This document shows, piece after piece, positions 20,870 through 23,488 of a DNA stretch of 23,488 nucleotides. Numbering within the stretch: the stretch's first letter is position 1; every line of letters starts with the position of its first letter. Origin of the DNA: Catajapyx aquilonaris (lineage: Eukaryota); the NCBI GenBank assembly GCA_000934665.2, contig KZ538044.1, forward strand, positions 124,001-147,488, given 5' to 3'. A model generated the notes under the pieces. That model saw nothing but the letters and a program-made list of their open reading frames with translations. It did not search any database and had not been told where the DNA came from. The position numbers and the translations under genes are program-made.

Positions 20870-21681
20870 CTTCAAAAAGTCAGGTGTGTACAAAGTGGTG
20901 AAAGAGAAAACAACAATTATGCAGAACTTTATGTAAGAACTATTTCTGGGAGTGACTCTCTAAGCAAAGTAGATTCTAAAGAGTGCAACTTTTTTAGATT
21001 CGCACTTTGGGTAGCGGTGACACGTAGTGTCCAGCATCTGTACCAAGGTTATTTTTTTGGGACATGTAAATAAGTTTGCCCTTTTAATAAATATGTATTT
21101 TAAATTGAATGATGGCCTATTAATTTCCTGAATATTTCCTTGATTTTTATATCTATTGCACACAATTTTTGGCTTCAAAATCCCCAAGACCGTGGTGGTG
21201 CAGGGCTCCCTGTTTGTCACCCGTCTTTTACTCGGCTCCTGACAGCATCTTGAGTTGTGGACACATTGGGATGTCCAAGATGTGAGAAAAAATTCGGAAT
21301 GGTATTGAATGGCGCATGCAAAGGTATCATTGCTATCAATACATCATGGTCCCATCTGCCAACCAACCCATCTTACAGACAGACTCAGAATGACCCCATA
21401 ATGTGCTCCCCTATACTCAGAAGCTGACACTCCTGTCCCCTTTCTGTACTCCAGCCAACTCGGATCTTGCAGTACAATCCTGGTAATTACACGGCTTGTA
21501 CTATACTGCAAATATCATTGCTTAGTTGTTTTGGTACTGTGCACTACTTAGATATTTCAAGATTTCAATTTAATGCTTCTTGCAAAAACTAATCTGTGTG
21601 CTTTACTTTTGCAGTGATACACAGCCTTGATATCATAGTACTCTACCAAGCGAAATAGTTTGTGAGACAGGTGGCTTATCT

Positions 21682-21972
21682 AATAATAATAATTAATAAT
21701 TCATACCCCGTTATCAGCCATCTGCTCTTTAGGGGGAAGTGTGTTTTGCCTGGAACTCTTTGCTTTTCATTTTACTGCGCTTTTTGGGATAGAATAGGGA
21801 TGGAAGGAAGCGGCTGTGGCCTATTAATTACGGAAACCACTCCGGAATTTCCTTGGAAGGACCGTGGGAAACCACAGAAAACCACGGTCAGAGTTGCCGG
21901 CCCTGGGATTCGAACCCAGGACCTCCCGATTAGCAGTCGGACGCCTTATCCACTATGCCAACCTGCTTTGGT
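21682..21972 (-). mobile_element. Full-length tRNA-derived SINE (family 1, copy 1)
   Basis: Minus strand has A box TGGCATAGTGG (21950-21960), B box GGTTCGAATCCC (21905-21916) and an (ATT)n tail. 16-bp target-site duplication gacaggtggcttatct at 21666-21681 and 21973-21988. Confidence 0.92.
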
Positions 21973-22215
21973 GACAGGTGGCTTATCTTTGACTTGGGTT
22001 GAGCCAAGCAAATGGCTCATGAGGCATGATATTCACTGGGTTAGTTTATCATCATCCACCTGCATCTACCAGCTGAATTCCTGTGAACTTGTCCCCCAAA
22101 ACTTTCTCTTTTGTATCTTCCTTTGAATGCTGAAACACTTTCAACTTAAGCCACTGGAGATGGATGCTCAGCAATGGCTGAATGGACGTGGCAATCATAC
22201 GTGGGCATTAGCAGA

Positions 22216-22492
22216 GGGCGACACCGTGGCGGAGTGGTTAGCAGCGCAGCTTTCCACCTCTAAGGTCCCAAGTTCGATCCCCAGATTGGACTGAGGATGC
22301 CTATGTGGATCAAGTTTCGATGGGTTCTCTCCATGTTCGCGTGGGTTTTCTCAGGGTTTTCCCATTTTCTCCCACTATCAAAATCCATCACAGCAAAGGC
22401 AATGATTAAAGTTGGTCAATTAAAAAGATGATCCACTAAAAAGCCCAAGGAGGCTTATCACGGGCTATCCATTACTATAATAATAATAATAA
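22216..22492 (+). mobile_element. tRNA-derived SINE with a V-domain-like core (family 2)
   Basis: A box TGGCGGAGTGG (22227-22237), B box GTTCGATCC (22272-22280), central gttctctccatgttcgcgtgggttttctcagggttttcccattttctcccac (22324-22375), (AAT)n tail. Confidence 0.78.
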
Positions 22493-22757
22493 TTCATACC
22501 CCCATTATCAGACGGCACGGCAGCTCTTTACGGGGGGCGTTCATCCCAATTATGTTTTTACTTTGCTTTTTGGGATAGGATAGGGGCGGAAGGAAGCGGC
22601 CGTGGCCTATTATTTAGGAAGCAATCCCGGAATTCTCCTGGGGGGACCGTGGGAAACCACAGAAAACCACGGCTAGGATTGCCGGCCCTGGGACTCTAAC
22701 CCAGGACCTCCCGATTAGCAGTTAAACACCTTATTCACTTCCCCAAACTGCTTCGGT
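22479..22757 (-). mobile_element. tRNA-derived SINE (family 1, copy 2, decayed A/B boxes)
   Basis: Colinear with 21682-21972 along its length (aattcatacccc, ggaaggaagcggc.gtggcctatt, gaccgtgggaaaccacagaaaaccacgg, cccaggacctcccgattagcagt). Shares the AAT tract with the plus-strand SINE. Confidence 0.88.
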
Positions 22758-22760
22758 GGT

Positions 22761-23150
22761 ATTATTATTATTATTTATTTATTTATTTATTTNTGGGTGT
22801 CTTGTGGTTGTTTGGGGTTGGGTTGTGTTGGGGGGGAGAGGAGATCGCCTCCGTTTTTCTATACTTTTTGCGTTCTCTCCGGTGCGGGGACAGGGAATAG
22901 ATACGGAGGGAGAGACAGTGGTGCATTGTCTTGTGGTGGGGGCCATGTGCAGTCCCTCTCCCTCAGGGGGCAAAGCATGAGATTCCTCCTAGGTGCGGGC
23001 CAGAACCCCCCGCCGACACCACACTTCCTCCAGGGCAGGGAAAGGAATGAATCGGCTGTGGCCTATTTTACGGTACGATCCCGGAATTTTCCTGCAAGGC
23101 GACCTTGGAAAACCACAGAAAACTAAGGTCAGGACCTCCGGCCTCCGGGA
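22761..23150 (-). mobile_element. 5'-truncated SINE related to family 1, with a longer, different 3' body
   Basis: ~23040-23150 matches the family-1 core (cggctgtggcctatt, ccggaattt, aaaccacagaaaac); (ATT)n/(ATTT)n tract at 22761-22792; tRNA head absent. Confidence 0.65.
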
Positions 23151-23249
23151 CAGTAAGGTATATGTGCAGTATTTTTAAGACGTGCCTGTGACAGTTTCTT
23201 AGTTTTATATTGCTCTCATGACACCGGTACAATTTTTTTCCGTAAATGA

Positions 23250-23319
23250 TCGGTTATCCGAACAATCAGTTATCCGAACACCCCCTTGGCAGACTGTTCG
23301 GATAATCGATGCTCCACTG
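23250..23319. mobile_element. One end of a pogo/Tigger-like DNA transposon or MITE
   Basis: Ends in gttcggataatcgatgctccactg followed by TA, with subterminal inverted copies gttatccgaaca x2 (16-bp tandem). Partner TIR not found in the window. Confidence 0.6.
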
Positions 23320-23394
23320 TATTATTAAAAATTATTGTTGTTATTGTTATTATTGTTATAATTGTTACACCCTCCTGAGACCTGATGTCCAATA

Positions 23395-23488
23395 CAGGGT
23401 GTTTACGACCTAACTTTACAAACTTCCAGGGGTAATAGAGGGGACCAAGACAAACATTTTTGACATAGGAAACCGTGTCCGGAAACGC
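23395..23488. mobile_element. Probable start of a Tc1/mariner element, cut by the window edge
   Basis: TA followed by CAGGGTGTTT, a typical mariner-type TIR start; the other end is not visible. Confidence 0.45.

Noticed and set aside
21895..21972. tRNA gene calls for this tRNA-like head and the one at 22216-22290
   Set aside because: Both continue into SINE bodies and tails (one with a 16-bp TSD) and lack proper acceptor stems.
21662..23178. ORFs of 61-154 aa in the terminal repeat cluster
   Set aside because: Chance frames through SINE sequence; one region includes an ambiguous base at 22793.
1..23488. Prokaryotic systems (CRISPR arrays, operons, defence islands)
   Set aside because: Spliceosomal intron structure and SINEs show the DNA is eukaryotic; no repeat-spacer array seen.

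Overview
Eukaryotic, intron-containing, AT-rich genomic DNA, most likely from an arthropod (probably a hemimetabolous insect, inferred from the Tramtrack-group BTB protein and the SINE type). The left half holds four intact but divergent FLVCR/SLC49-family MFS transporter paralogues (A, B, C on the minus strand, D on the plus strand), each reconstructable exon by exon. The right half holds a Tramtrack/Broad-group BTB + 2x C2H2 zinc-finger gene on the plus strand. Its intron and 3' flank carry three mutually unrelated ~650-670 nt imperfect fold-backs, nested long-range complementary blocks bracketing the zinc-finger exon, a candidate 21-nt microexon and a perfect 5' splice site just after the stop codon. 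The window ends in a cluster of tRNA-derived SINEs and DNA-transposon ends. All alignments were made by eye; no searches or folding programs were run.
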